From contig WGNP01000014.1 in the NCBI GenBank assembly GCA_016124495.1, positions 36,442-100,441 of the forward strand: a stretch of DNA of 64,000 nucleotides. The letters are read 5' to 3'. The notes under the pieces are model-generated. The model was not told the origin of the DNA, did not search any database, and worked only from the letters and a program-made list of their open reading frames with translations. Position numbers and translations under genes: made by a program. This document shows, piece by piece, positions 10,232-20,471 of the stretch (position 1 is the stretch's first letter; every line of letters begins with the position of its first letter). The stretch comes from Hyphomonas sp. (lineage in GTDB: Bacteria > Pseudomonadota > Alphaproteobacteria > Caulobacterales > Hyphomonadaceae).

Positions 10232-10287
10232 CCGGTCCGCCGTCCCCTAGAAGCGTCCCAACCCACCCGTAACCTCCCGAGACACTG

Positions 10288-11796
10288 ATGACCGAGCGAC
10301 CCACTTTCCGCATCAAAGGCGACACCGGCGACTGGGAAGTCGTCATGGGCCTCGAGATCCACGCCCAGGTCGCCTCGAATGCAAAGCTGTTCTCCGGCGC
10401 CTCCACGGCGTTCGGTTCGGACCCGAACTGCAACGTCTCGCTGGTCGACGCCGCCATGCCCGGCATGCTCCCGGTCATCAACAGGTTCTGCGTCGAACAG
10501 GCGATCCGCACCGGCCTCGGACTGAAAGCCCAGATCAACAGCTACAGCCGTTTCGACCGGAAGAACTATTTCTACCCAGACCTGCCGCAGGGCTACCAGA
10601 TCAGCCAGTTCGCCCACCCCATCGTCGGCGAAGGCGAGATCGATGTCGATGTCGAAGTGCCCGGCAAGGAAGGCTATACCTTCGCCTGCCGGATCGAGCG
10701 GCTGCACCTTGAGCAGGACGCTGGCAAGTCGATCCACGACATGGACCCGCACGCGACCTATGTGGACCTCAACCGCTCCGGCGTCGCCCTGATGGAGATT
10801 GTCTCCAAACCCGACGTGCGCTCACCTGCGGAAGCCGCCGCCTATGTCAAGAAACTGCGCGCCATCGTCATCGCGCTCGGTACCTGCGACGGCGACATGG
10901 AGAAGGGCAACCTGCGCGCCGACGTCAATGTCTCGGTCTGCAGGCCCGGTCAGTATGAGAAGTTCCGCGCAACCGGCGACTTCAAACATCTCGGCACGCG
11001 CTGCGAGCTGAAGAACATGAACTCCTACCGCTTCATCCAGCAGGCGATCGAATACGAAGCGCGCCGCCAGATCGAGATCATCGAAGGCGGCGGCAAGGTC
11101 GACCAGGAAACCCGCCTCTTCGATCCGGTGAAGGGCGAAACACGTTCCATGCGCTCGAAGGAAGATGCGCACGACTACCGCTATTTTCCGGACCCGGACC
11201 TGTTGCCGCTCGAGCTGGAGCAGGCATGGATCGAGGACATCCGTAAATCGCTGCCGGAGCTGCCAGACCAGAAACGCGCCCGCTTCGAGAAGGACTACGG
11301 CCTCTCGCGCTATGACGCGGGCGTGCTCACGTCCGACGCCGACAAGGCCCGCTTTTTCGAGGAAGTGGCCAGGGGCCGCGACGCGAAACTTGCCGCCAAC
11401 TGGGTCACGCAGGAACTCTTCGGCTACCTCAACAAGGAAGGCCTCGAGCTGTCGCAAAGCCCGGTCACCGCATCCGCTCTCGGCGGCCTGATTGCCCTGA
11501 TCTCCGACAACACGATCAGCGGAAAGATCGCGAAAGACGTCTTTGCCCGGATGATCGCGGGCGAGGGCGAAGCTGGCACGATCGTCGAGAAGCACGGCCT
11601 GAAACAGGTCACTGACACCGGCGCCATCGAGAAAGTGGTAGACGAGATCATCGCCGCCAATCCCGATCAGGTCGCCAAGGTGAAAGACAAGCCGCAAACT
11701 CTCGGCTGGTTCGTCGGCCAGGTCATGAAAGCCTCCGGCGGCAAGGCGAACCCGCAGGCTGTCAATGACATCCTGAAGGCGAAGCTGGGTATCTGA
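10288..11796 (+). CDS. gatB: Asp/Glu-tRNA amidotransferase subunit B
   Basis: [36 protein letters not shown]-terminal Yqey-like domain. Confidence 0.98.
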   Translation: MTERPTFRIKGDTGDWEVVMGLEIHAQVASNAKLFSGASTAFGSDPNCNVSLVDAAMPGMLPVINRFCVEQAIRTGLGLKAQINSYSRFDRKNYFYPDLPQGYQISQFAHPIVGEGEIDVDVEVPGKEGYTFACRIERLHLEQDAGKSIHDMDPHATYVDLNRSGVALMEIVSKPDVRSPAEAAAYVKKLRAIVIALGTCDGDMEKGNLRADVNVSVCRPGQYEKFRATGDFKHLGTRCELKNMNSYRFIQQAIEYEARRQIEIIEGGGKVDQETRLFDPVKGETRSMRSKEDAHDYRYFPDPDLLPLELEQAWIEDIRKSLPELPDQKRARFEKDYGLSRYDAGVLTSDADKARFFEEVARGRDAKLAANWVTQELFGYLNKEGLELSQSPVTASALGGLIALISDNTISGKIAKDVFARMIAGEGEAGTIVEKHGLKQVTDTGAIEKVVDEIIAANPDQVAKVKDKPQTLGWFVGQVMKASGGKANPQAVNDILKAKLGI

Positions 11797-11804
11797 CGCG
11801 CAGG

Positions 11805-11828
11805 CCCTCTCCTGCGCGTGGGAGAGGG
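11805..11828. repeat. Short palindromic intergenic element (CCCTCTCC-Nx-GGAGAGGG), copy 1
   Basis: ccctctcc tgcgcgtg ggagaggg between convergent gatB and HIT stops. Confidence 0.6.
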
Positions 11829-11836
11829 GTAAGCGT

Positions 11837-12271
11837 TCAGAACCCCGCCCGTATCCGTGCCGCCAGCGGTTCCAGTTCGGCAGCGCTCTTCATGCTGCCG
11901 CTTGCGTGTGCGCCCATCTTCACCCCCTCCCATACAGGCATGATATGGAAATGCAGGTGAAACACCGTCTGCCCGGCCGGCGCGCCGTTGAACTGCACCA
12001 CGCGCAGCCCGTCCGGCTTCAGGCCCGCCTCTACCGCGCGCGCCACTTTCTGCACACGCAGCATGTAGTCGCCCAGCGCCGCCTCTGGCAGGTCGAGGAA
12101 GTTGCGCGCCTCGACCCCTTTGGGGATCACCAGCGTATGCCCTTCCACCTGCGGAAACACATCCATGAAGGCGAGCGCCACGTTATCCTCGAAAACCTTC
12201 ACGCTCGGCATCTCGCCGCGCAGGATTTTCGCAAAGATGTTGTTGGCGTCGTAGGGGGCGTGAAGGGTCAT
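11837..12271 (-). CDS. HIT family nucleotide hydrolase
   Basis: FAKILRGE..., GHTLVIPK, histidine triad GQTVFHLHFHIMP. Confidence 0.95.
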   Translation of the reverse strand: MTLHAPYDANNIFAKILRGEMPSVKVFEDNVALAFMDVFPQVEGHTLVIPKGVEARNFLDLPEAALGDYMLRVQKVARAVEAGLKPDGLRVVQFNGAPAGQTVFHLHFHIMPVWEGVKMGAHASGSMKSAAELEPLAARIRAGF

Positions 12272-13431
12272 GTGTCTTTCCTGAACGGTGTCCGGTCCTT
12301 GAGATAATCGAAATCGGCGTCCACAGCGGCCCGCTCACGCTCAAGATAGTCGGCAATTGCCGCGCGGAATCCGGCGTGCGCAATCCAGTGCGCCGAGCGT
12401 GTCAGCACCGGGGCGTAGCCGCGCGCCAGCTTGTGCCCGCCCTGCGCGCCGGCCTCGACGGTCTTCAGCCCGCGCGCAATCGCAAAATCGATGGCCTGAT
12501 AATAGCACGTCTCGAAATGCAGCATCGGTCGCGGGTCGTTGCAGCCCCAGTAACGACCATACAGGGTCTCGGACCCGATCAGGTTCATCGCCCCGGCAAT
12601 CGCCAATTCACCCTCATAGGCAAACACGAACAGGAGTTCGTCTGCCATCCGTTCCCGGAGCATCGAGAAGCTCTTGCGCGTCAGGTAAGGCGAGCCCCAT
12701 TTGCGGTTGCCGGTGTCCATGTAGAATTCGAAGAAGATGTCGAGATGCGCCTCGGTTATCTCCGCGCCCGTGATGTGACGGAACTCCAGTCCCTCCTGCG
12801 CCCTGGCGCGCTCCTTGCGCAGGTTCTTGCGCTTGTCGGACGAGAGCGTCGCCAGGAAATCGTCAAATGATCGGTACCCGGTATTCTTCCAATGGAACTG
12901 CTGGTCCGTGCGGATAAGCATACCCGCATGCTCCAGCGCCGGCGCCTCCGCCTCCTCAATGAAGTTCATGTGGAACGAGGATGCACCTGTCTCCGCCACC
13001 AGATGCAACGCACCCTGCAGCAGCGCGGACTTATAAAGCGCCTCATCCGGCCCGGGCACGACCAGTCGCCGCCGTCCGGTCACCGGTGTGAAGGGAACAG
13101 CCGACAGCAGCTTCGGATAGTACGCTCCGCCCGCGCGCTCCCACGCCTCCGCCCAGGACTGGTCGAACACGAACTCGCCGCGCGAATGCGTCTTGAACCA
13201 CATCGGCATCGCCCCGCGCAGCCGCCCGCCCGCGTCATGCGCCAGCAGATGCGCGCCCCGCCATCCGGTGCGCGGGCTCGCCGCGCCGGAGCGCTCCATC
13301 GCGTCGAGGAACTCCCAGGTGACAAACGGATCGTGAGGCAGCCCCGGCGGGTTAGCGACCGCGTTCCACGCCGCAGCGTCCACGCCGTCGAGCGTCTTGA
13401 GAATCGTGATCCGGGGGAGGCCAGCGTCCAT
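12268..13431 (-). CDS. GNAT/FemAB-like protein (DUF482 type)
   Basis: HSRGEFVFDQSWA, YYPKL..VPFTP, LYGRYWG, LHFETCYYQAIDFAI, EAGAQGGHKLARGY. Confidence 0.88.
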   Translation of the reverse strand: MDAGLPRITILKTLDGVDAAAWNAVANPPGLPHDPFVTWEFLDAMERSGAASPRTGWRGAHLLAHDAGGRLRGAMPMWFKTHSRGEFVFDQSWAEAWERAGGAYYPKLLSAVPFTPVTGRRRLVVPGPDEALYKSALLQGALHLVAETGASSFHMNFIEEAEAPALEHAGMLIRTDQQFHWKNTGYRSFDDFLATLSSDKRKNLRKERARAQEGLEFRHITGAEITEAHLDIFFEFYMDTGNRKWGSPYLTRKSFSMLRERMADELLFVFAYEGELAIAGAMNLIGSETLYGRYWGCNDPRPMLHFETCYYQAIDFAIARGLKTVEAGAQGGHKLARGYAPVLTRSAHWIAHAGFRAAIADYLERERAAVDADFDYLKDRTPFRKDT

Positions 13432-13441
13432 GCCCTGCAAT

Positions 13442-14152
13442 TTAGGGCGCCGCGAGCGCCGGGTCGATATGTTCAAAGATGATTGCCGGATTGTAAGCCC
13501 GTGCTGCCGCCAGATCTGCCTCGCTACGCACCGTCCACACCACCAACGGCGCGCCCAGCGCCGCCGCCCGCGCCGTATCGGTGTGGTGCACCGCGAGGTA
13601 GTCGATCCCGTCCGCCAGCGCCCGGCCCGCCACCGCGTCGAACCTCGCCTCGCCCGCCTGCGCCGACGGCATCACCAGCTGCCCCCGCATCAGGTCCGAA
13701 GGCAGCGCCCGCACGGCCTCCTCGGAAAAACTCATCGCCGCTGCCAGCCCGCGCCAATCCGCCAGTCGCGCCGCCACCTGCCGGGCAAACGCTGCCGGAT
13801 CGGTTGTCCCGTCGACTTTCATCTCGCACAGGAGCGGCAAACCCTCCGGCCACAGCCCCAGCAGCTCCTCGAATGCCGGCACCCGCTCGCCGGACGCGCC
13901 GAGCGCCAGACCCTTGAGCTCCTCTGCCGCACGCGTCTCGAACACACCCGATGCCGCCGTCATCCGGTCCAGCAGCGGATCGTGGAAAATCATAACCTCG
14001 CTATCGGCTGACGGCCTGAGGTCAAACTCCACGCCCAGCCCCGCCGCCGCAGCCGCCCGAAACCCTGCCAGCGAATTCTCCGGCGGCCCGGCCTTCAGCC
14101 ACAGCCCCCGGTGGGCATAGGCGAACGCGCCGAGATTAAACCGCTGCGCCAT
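13442..14152 (-). CDS. Glycerophosphodiester phosphodiesterase family protein
   Basis: AHRGL..PENSL, GVEFDL, IFHD, CEMK, VWTV. Confidence 0.9.
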   Translation of the reverse strand: MAQRFNLGAFAYAHRGLWLKAGPPENSLAGFRAAAAAGLGVEFDLRPSADSEVMIFHDPLLDRMTAASGVFETRAAEELKGLALGASGERVPAFEELLGLWPEGLPLLCEMKVDGTTDPAAFARQVAARLADWRGLAAAMSFSEEAVRALPSDLMRGQLVMPSAQAGEARFDAVAGRALADGIDYLAVHHTDTARAAALGAPLVVWTVRSEADLAAARAYNPAIIFEHIDPALAAP

Positions 14153-14155
14153 CGC

Positions 14156-14614
14156 TCAGGCGATCTCGAACACGCCGTCGACTTCCACCGCCACCCCGAG
14201 CGGCAGCGTCGGGCACGCCACTGCCGAGCGCGCATGCTTGCCGGCCTCGCCGAACACCTCGACCATCAGGTCGGAGCAACCGTTGATCACCTGCGGAATG
14301 TCCACGAAGTTCGGCGCGGCGTTGACGAACCCGCCCAGCTTCACTACGCGCCGGACGTTCGACAGCTCGCCCACCGCCGCCTTGCACTGCGCGATCAGGT
14401 TGATGCCGCAGATCCGCGCCGCATGCTGGCCGGCCGACAGTTCCATGTTCTCGCCCAGCCGCCCCAGGATACGCCCCTCCGCCGTCGCGCTCACCTGACC
14501 GGACACGTAGAGCAGCTTCCCCGTGATGACGAAAGGCACATAGGTCGCCACCGGTTTCATCGGCGCGGGCAGCACGATGCCGAGACGGTCGAGGTTGTCT
14601 TCGGGTGTTGGCAT
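14156..14614 (-). CDS. RidA/YjgF family protein
   Basis: YVPFVITGKLLYVSGQ, VVKLGGFVN, INGCSDL, GKHARSAV, VEVDGVFE. Confidence 0.92.
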   Translation of the reverse strand: MPTPEDNLDRLGIVLPAPMKPVATYVPFVITGKLLYVSGQVSATAEGRILGRLGENMELSAGQHAARICGINLIAQCKAAVGELSNVRRVVKLGGFVNAAPNFVDIPQVINGCSDLMVEVFGEAGKHARSAVACPTLPLGVAVEVDGVFEIA

Positions 14615-14666
14615 GGTCAGCTCCTGATCTGGTCGCTGCTCCGTCTAGCCTGCAGCGGGGCGCGAG

Positions 14667-15941
14667 TCAGCCCTCATCCTTCTTCGCCATCCGTGCCGCG
14701 CGCCCGGTCATCACCGCGCCCGATCCGAACTTCGCCCGCGCTTTGTCGGAGGCGCGCTCGGCCGCCGCGCGCTTGGCTACCTTCGGGTCGATCAGGTCCA
14801 CGCCGTCGGAATGGTAGGGCGACAGCCCCGACAGCCCGACGCCGATCAGCCGGTACTTGACCCGCCCGGCCGCTTCCTTCGCCAGCAGGGGTCTCGCCGT
14901 GCGGAACACTTCCTGCGCCAGCTGCGTCGGCGCATGCAGAGAGATGCGCCGCGTTACCGGCCTGAAGTCGGACGTCTTCAGTTTCAGCGTCACCACGACG
15001 CCGACCACGCCTTCCGCCTTCGCCCGGTCGGCCGTCTTCACGCTCAGGCGCCAGAGGTGGTCCTCCATCAGGGCGAGGTCCGCCGTATCCTCGGAAAAGG
15101 TCGTCTCGCTTGAGACTGACTTGCGGTCATCATGCGGGCTCACGGGCCGGGTATCGCGCCCATGCGCGCAGCGCTTCAGCCACTCGCCGGTCTCGCCATA
15201 GCGCCGGATCAGGTCCTTCAGTCCCGCATGCTGAATATCGCCGACCGTGTGAAATCCGTCCTTCGCCAGCGAATCGGCAAACTTCGGCCCCACGCCGTGC
15301 AGGAAGCCTGCCGGCTTGTCGGCGAGGAATGCTTCGGCCTCTTCCGGCGCCAGCACGGCAAAGCCGCGCGGCTTGTCGAGTTCGCTGGCCGTCTTGGCAA
15401 GGAACTTGTTGGACGACAGCCCGATCGACACCGTCACGCCCACCTGCTTCTCCACCTCCAGCGCCAGGCGCGCCAGGCTCGCCGCCGGCGGCAGCCCGTG
15501 CAGGCGCTCGGTGCCGGACAGGTCGAGGTAGGCCTCATCAATCGACACCGGCTGCACCAGAGGCGTCAGCGCGTCCATCCGCGCACGGATGGCCCGGCCC
15601 GCCTCATGATACTTGGAAAAATTCGGGGGAACGACCACCGCGTCCGGGCACAGTTTCAGCGCCCTGAACATCGGCATGGCGGAGCGAACGCCGTAAAGCC
15701 GTGCCTGGTAGCAGCAGGTCGTCACCACGCCCCGCGTGCCGCCGCCCACGATCAGGGGCTTGTCGCGCAGCTCCGGATTGTCCCGTTTCTCGACCGCTGC
15801 ATAAAACGCATCGCAATCGACATGCGCGATAGAGAGAATTGCCAGCGCCGGATGACGCACGACCCGCAAGTTGAAGCAGACCGGGCAACGGTCAAAATCC
15901 TCAGTCTTTACAGCGAGGCAGTCGCGGCAAAGGCTAACCAT
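14667..15941 (-). CDS. dinB: DNA polymerase IV with N-terminal CxxC..CxxC segment
   Basis: HVDCDAFYAAVE, CYQARLYGVRSAMP, SIDEAYLD, AKTAS. Confidence 0.95.
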   Translation of the reverse strand: MVSLCRDCLAVKTEDFDRCPVCFNLRVVRHPALAILSIAHVDCDAFYAAVEKRDNPELRDKPLIVGGGTRGVVTTCCYQARLYGVRSAMPMFRALKLCPDAVVVPPNFSKYHEAGRAIRARMDALTPLVQPVSIDEAYLDLSGTERLHGLPPAASLARLALEVEKQVGVTVSIGLSSNKFLAKTASELDKPRGFAVLAPEEAEAFLADKPAGFLHGVGPKFADSLAKDGFHTVGDIQHAGLKDLIRRYGETGEWLKRCAHGRDTRPVSPHDDRKSVSSETTFSEDTADLALMEDHLWRLSVKTADRAKAEGVVGVVVTLKLKTSDFRPVTRRISLHAPTQLAQEVFRTARPLLAKEAAGRVKYRLIGVGLSGLSPYHSDGVDLIDPKVAKRAAAERASDKARAKFGSGAVMTGRAARMAKKDEG

Positions 15942-16076
15942 CGTGTTATTCGTACTCCCCGTCCTTACGCTGCCGCAAACCTGCCGCCACCCCGGCATAA
16001 ATGCGTGTTAACTTTTGACAGTATAACTAAAAAAGTGGATCGGCATCCGCGCGAATCGTCAGCAGTTTCGAGTATC

Positions 16077-16466
16077 ATGACCAAAGAGCGTTCCCGAACA
16101 GTGCTGGTTGTTGAGGACAATGACCTCAACATGCGCCTGTTTTGTGACCTTCTGGGCGCTTTTGGCTTCAAGACCTTCCAGTGCCGCGACGGCGCCAGGG
16201 CGATCGAGATCGCCCGCAAGGAGCTGCCGGACCTGATCATCATGGACATCCAGTTGCCGGAAGTCTCGGGCCTCGACATCACCCGCTGGCTGAAGGACGA
16301 CAAGAAGGTTGCCCATATCCCCGTGCTCGCCGTCACGGCTTTTGCGATGCGTACGGACGAACAACGTGTGCGCGAAGCTGGCTGCGAAGGCTATCTCTCG
16401 AAGCCCATCCAGATCGCTTCTTTCATCCGGGCGGTCGAGGCCCTGATGCCCAGGGAAGCGGCATGA
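16077..16466 (+). CDS. divK: Single-domain response regulator, DivK
   Basis: VLVVEDNDLNMRLF, IIMDIQLPEVSGL, VTAFAM, YLSKPI; coupled to pleD by an ATGA overlap. Confidence 0.9.
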   Translation: MTKERSRTVLVVEDNDLNMRLFCDLLGAFGFKTFQCRDGARAIEIARKELPDLIIMDIQLPEVSGLDITRWLKDDKKVAHIPVLAVTAFAMRTDEQRVREAGCEGYLSKPIQIASFIRAVEALMPREAA

Positions 16467-17830
16467 GTGCGCGGATCCTCGTTGTAGATGATATCGAGGC
16501 TAACCGCCGCCTGCTGCAGGCCAGGCTCGAGGCGCAGTATCATTCCGTCATTCTCGCCTGCAACGGGCCTGAGGCGCTGGAGAAGGCGCGCACCACGGAT
16601 CCCGAGATCATCCTGCTGGATGTGATGATGCCTGGCATGGACGGCTACGAAGTCTGCCGCCGCCTGAAGGCTGATCCGGTGACGGCCCATATCCCGGTCG
16701 TGATGGTCACCGCGCTCAGCGACAGCGAAGACCGTGTTCGCGGACTTGATGCGGGTGCGGAGGATTTTCTCACCAAGCCGGTAGACGATTTCCTGCTGAC
16801 GTCTCGTATCAACACACTGATGCGCTACAGCGCCGTCACGTCCGAGCTGCGCCGGCGCGAGGCCAGTGGCCTCAAGACTGGCGCGATGGAAGGCCCGGCG
16901 CAGGAAGACGTCGAAGGCCCGGCCCGCGTCTTCCTGATCGATGACAACCCGCGCACCTCGGCGCGTATCGCCGCGCTGCTGCGCGAGGATGGCCACAAGG
17001 TCGTGACGCTGCTCGAATCCGGCAACATGGGCGATCTCGGCAAGGAGCGCACGGATGTGCTGCTCGTCTCGCTCCTGTCGAAAAGTTTCGACCCGCTGAA
17101 ACTCTGCGCCCACTTCAAGACGAATGATGTGACCCGCGCCGTGTCGATCCTGCTGATCTGCGATCCGCTGGAGCGCGCCAGGGCCGTCAGGGGTCTGGAG
17201 ATCGGCGCCAGCGACCTGATCATGGCGCCGGTGGACACTCAGGAACTCTTCGCCCGCGTACGTACCCAGACACGCCGCACCCGCTATGTCGAAATCCTGC
17301 GCGGGCGCGTCGACCGCGGCCTGGAGCTGTCGGTGATTGACCAGCTCACCGGTCTCTACAATCGCCGCTACATGACCAGCCAGCTGCAGCAATACATGCA
17401 CCGCGCGGTGACGGACGGAAAGCCGCTCTCGGTGATGATGCTCGACATCGACCATTTCAAGCCAGTCAATGACACCCATGGCCACCGGGCCGGAGACGAA
17501 GTGTTGCAGGCGCTGGCGGACCGCCTGCGCCACAATATCCGCCCGATGGATGTCGCCTGCCGGCCGGGCGGGGAAGAGTTCCTCGTCATCCTGCCGGAGA
17601 CGCCGGACGAACTCGCCTGCGCTGCGGCCGAGCGTGTCCGCAAGGCCATCGCCGAAGACCCGTTCAACGTGCTCGGCGCTACGCGCAAGATTTCCGTGAC
17701 CGTCAGCGCCGGGGTCTCCAGCCTGCTGGGCAGGGACGACACGATGGCGGAGCTTCTGAACCGCGCCGATACCGCGCTCTACCAGGCGAAATCCGCCGGC
17801 CGCAACCGGGTCAAAAGCATCGCCGCCTGA
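16463..17830 (+). CDS. pleD: Two-receiver diguanylate cyclase PleD
   Basis: REC (ILLDVMMPGMDG), second REC-like domain, GGEEF catalytic motif, RPMD I-site. Confidence 0.93.
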   Translation: MSARILVVDDIEANRRLLQARLEAQYHSVILACNGPEALEKARTTDPEIILLDVMMPGMDGYEVCRRLKADPVTAHIPVVMVTALSDSEDRVRGLDAGAEDFLTKPVDDFLLTSRINTLMRYSAVTSELRRREASGLKTGAMEGPAQEDVEGPARVFLIDDNPRTSARIAALLREDGHKVVTLLESGNMGDLGKERTDVLLVSLLSKSFDPLKLCAHFKTNDVTRAVSILLICDPLERARAVRGLEIGASDLIMAPVDTQELFARVRTQTRRTRYVEILRGRVDRGLELSVIDQLTGLYNRRYMTSQLQQYMHRAVTDGKPLSVMMLDIDHFKPVNDTHGHRAGDEVLQALADRLRHNIRPMDVACRPGGEEFLVILPETPDELACAAAERVRKAIAEDPFNVLGATRKISVTVSAGVSSLLGRDDTMAELLNRADTALYQAKSAGRNRVKSIAA

Positions 17831-17892
17831 TTGACACTCCGCTGCGCCCGCGCGACAGCCGGGCATGACCTTGCAGCCCGGCGGCCCGAACC

Positions 17893-19131
17893 ATGTCTGA
17901 CCGTTTCGCGGCGTTCCGGCACTCTTCCTACACCCGGTACTTCTTCTCCCGGTTCCTGACGTCTTTTGGGGCGCAGGTCGTGTCGGTGTCTGTTGCCTGG
18001 CAGATGTATGACGAGACGCGCAACCCGGCGCTGCTTGGCTGGATCGGACTTGTGCAGTTCCTGCCCGCCTTGCTGCTCGTCGTCGTCACTGGCAACGCGG
18101 CGGACCGGCTTGGCCGCCGCCTCGTCATGGGCTGCGGCGCGCTGGTGATGATGAGCTGCGCGGCCAGCATCCTGATGCTGGTGCTGGCCGGCAACTTCAA
18201 TCCCATGCTGGTGCTTGCCATCCTCACCCTGTTCGGCACCGCCCGCGCCTTCTATGGCCCCGCGGCGACCAGCCTCGCGGTCAACCTCGTGCCGCGCGAG
18301 GATTTCCCGAACGCGGTAAGCTGGATCACTTCGTCCTGGCAGATGGCGACGATTGGCGGCCCGGTGATCGGCTCGCTTCTCTACGGCCTCGCGCCGCAAG
18401 CGGCCTATGGCACGGCTACCTGCCTTTTCGTCGCGGCGGCCGCCCTGATCTTCTCCATTCCCAAGCCCAACCAGATCGTCTCCCGCGAGCCGCCGACGCT
18501 CGCCAGCATCCTCGGCGGCTTCAGCTATATCTGGAACAACAAGGTGGTCCTGGGCGCCGTCTCGCTCGACCTGTTTGCGGTGCTGCTCGGCGGGGCCGTC
18601 GCCCTGATGCCGATCTATGCGCGCGACATCCTGGATGTCGGCGAACTCGGCCTGGGCCTGCTGCGGGCCTCCCCGGGCATCGGGGCGATTATCGCCATCG
18701 CCCTGATCACGGCGTTCCCGATCCGCGACCATGCCGGCTGGATCCTGCTGGCCGCGGTCGCGATGTTCGGGCTGGCGACCGCCGTGTTCGGCGCCTCGAC
18801 GCTGGCCTGGGTCTCGATCCTCGCCCTGATGTGCGTTGGCGGGTTCGACATGGTGTCGGTCTATGTCCGCGAGATCATCCTGCAGCTCTGGACGCCGGAC
18901 GCGGTGCGCGGCCGGGTGAATGCGGTGAACTCGATCTTCGTCGGGGCTTCCAACGAGCTGGGCGAGACACGCGCCGGGTTCATGGCCGCCGTCGCGGGTC
19001 CGGTCTTCACGGTCGTCGCGGGCGGCTTCGCAGCGATCGGAATTGCGACCCTTTCAGTACTGATTTTTCCCCAGCTGAGAAAAATCCGAACCCTGGATGA
19101 ACAGGACAGCGAGAACACGAAGGCCCTTTGA
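17893..19131 (+). CDS. MFS transporter (H+ antiporter/EntS-like)
   Basis: About 12 hydrophobic segments, ADRLGRR motif A, LDLFAVLLGG, RGRVNAV. Confidence 0.88.
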   Translation: MSDRFAAFRHSSYTRYFFSRFLTSFGAQVVSVSVAWQMYDETRNPALLGWIGLVQFLPALLLVVVTGNAADRLGRRLVMGCGALVMMSCAASILMLVLAGNFNPMLVLAILTLFGTARAFYGPAATSLAVNLVPREDFPNAVSWITSSWQMATIGGPVIGSLLYGLAPQAAYGTATCLFVAAAALIFSIPKPNQIVSREPPTLASILGGFSYIWNNKVVLGAVSLDLFAVLLGGAVALMPIYARDILDVGELGLGLLRASPGIGAIIAIALITAFPIRDHAGWILLAAVAMFGLATAVFGASTLAWVSILALMCVGGFDMVSVYVREIILQLWTPDAVRGRVNAVNSIFVGASNELGETRAGFMAAVAGPVFTVVAGGFAAIGIATLSVLIFPQLRKIRTLDEQDSENTKAL

Positions 19132-19135
19132 ACGC

Positions 19136-19166
19136 AAAAAACCCGCGCCGGAGTGGCGCGGGTTTT
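19136..19166. terminator. Bidirectional intrinsic terminator between the MFS gene and rpmG
   Basis: aaaaa acccgcgcc ggagt ggcgcgggt ttt. Confidence 0.8.
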
Positions 19167-19190
19167 CAAAAACTTATCAAAGTGCAGACC

Positions 19191-19358
19191 CTACTTGATC
19201 TTGCCTTCCTTGAAATCAACGTGCTTTTTCGCAACCGGATCATATTTCCGCTTCACCATCTTCTCCGTCATGGTGCGCGGATTTTTCTTCGTCACGTAGA
19301 AAAATCCCGTATCAGCCGTCGAATTGAGGCGAATCTTGATCGTGGCGGGTTTGGCCAT
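19191..19358 (-). CDS. rpmG: 50S ribosomal protein L33 (Zn-free type)
   Basis: Hand translation [55 protein letters not shown]; missing from the ORF track. Confidence 0.97.
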   Translation of the reverse strand: MAKPATIKIRLNSTADTGFFYVTKKNPRTMTEKMVKRKYDPVAKKHVDFKEGKIK

Positions 19359-19436
19359 AGGGTGGCCCTTCTCGAATGGGGTTGAAACCGGAAACCGGGC
19401 TTATTGACGAGGTGGGGCCGCCAAGTCAAGCCACCC

Positions 19437-20462
19437 TTACCGCGTGAACACGATCTTGGGGCCGGGATCGGTCATCGCCTCGCCGGCCTCGGCAAATGGC
19501 ACGACCCGGCTGGTCACCCGTTCGGGGTGGAACCTGCCGCAAGTCATGCAGGACAGGGCCTCCGGAAAGGTCGCCCGGGAATGCACCCGGCTCGTGTGGA
19601 AGGTCAGACCCTTGAGATACGCCGCCGTCAGCGGCATCGGCGTCTTGTTGCCGAAATGGATCGACAGTCCGGCGAGATAGCCGTTCGGGGCGCAGGCGTT
19701 GACGGCAAAGCCCAGCGCCTCGACCGTCCCGGCAGCCTCCACGACGATTTCGAACTGCTCGCCTGGTTGGCGCCCCTCGGCAAGCGCCAGCGGCTCCGAG
19801 ACCGCCCCCATGGCCTCGGCAGCAGCCCGCCGGCCGGCATCGTCGTCAAGGTAGAGCACCCGGCCCGCGCCAAGCGCAACGGCCGCCCCGGCGGCGTAGA
19901 GGCCCACACTGCGGGCGAGGCCCCCGACCACGAGCACGGCGGCACCCGGCCGCTCCGTCAGGGGGGCTGCGACGCCGCGCCAGCCGTCAGCGATATTGTC
20001 CGACAGACTGGCGGCGGCGACGGGGTCAATCCCGGCGGGAAGGTGTACCAGCATATGATCCGCAAACGGCACATACATAAGATCCGACAGCGCGCCGCCG
20101 AACTCGGTCTTGGAGGTGGGCTTCAGGCCGTAAGCTGCGCCGAAGGGGTAGGCTTCGCAGGCGTTCGTATGGCCGCGCCGGCAGTTGCGGCAGCGCCCAC
20201 ACGAAAGCTGGAACGGCACGACGACGAGGTCGCCGGGCCGGACACCAGATGCCGAGCCAGCCTCGACGACGCGCGCCACGGTTTCATGTCCGAAAGCGAA
20301 CGGGCCGGGATAGGGCGCTGCGCCAATGGCGATGTAGAGATCGAGATCACACCGCGCGACGGCGACCGGCGCAACGATCGCATCGGTATCGGCGGCCAGT
20401 TTCGGCGCAGGCACATCGCGCCATTCGAACTTGCCGGGCGACAGAAAAGTGAGTTGCTGCAT
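19437..20462 (-). CDS. Zn-dependent alcohol dehydrogenase family protein
   Basis: CDLD, GHE and structural Zn site CGRCRNCRRGHTNAC. Confidence 0.9.
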   Translation of the reverse strand: MQQLTFLSPGKFEWRDVPAPKLAADTDAIVAPVAVARCDLDLYIAIGAAPYPGPFAFGHETVARVVEAGSASGVRPGDLVVVPFQLSCGRCRNCRRGHTNACEAYPFGAAYGLKPTSKTEFGGALSDLMYVPFADHMLVHLPAGIDPVAAASLSDNIADGWRGVAAPLTERPGAAVLVVGGLARSVGLYAAGAAVALGAGRVLYLDDDAGRRAAAEAMGAVSEPLALAEGRQPGEQFEIVVEAAGTVEALGFAVNACAPNGYLAGLSIHFGNKTPMPLTAAYLKGLTFHTSRVHSRATFPEALSCMTCGRFHPERVTSRVVPFAEAGEAMTDPGPKIVFTR

Positions 20463-20471
20463 GGTGGGACC

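Noticed and set aside
16004-16030. Possible CtrA site upstream of divK (gtTTAAc...)
   Set aside because: Only a half site; no TTAA-N7-TTAA spacing. Similar TTAA pairs at 30905, 37287 and 43034 have spacings of 9, 10 and 5
15132-16466. 444-aa ORF ending in the DivK sequence, and the 16181..17830 extension of PleD
   Set aside because: Upstream parts are antisense to dinB or out of frame over divK; true starts are 16077 and 16463
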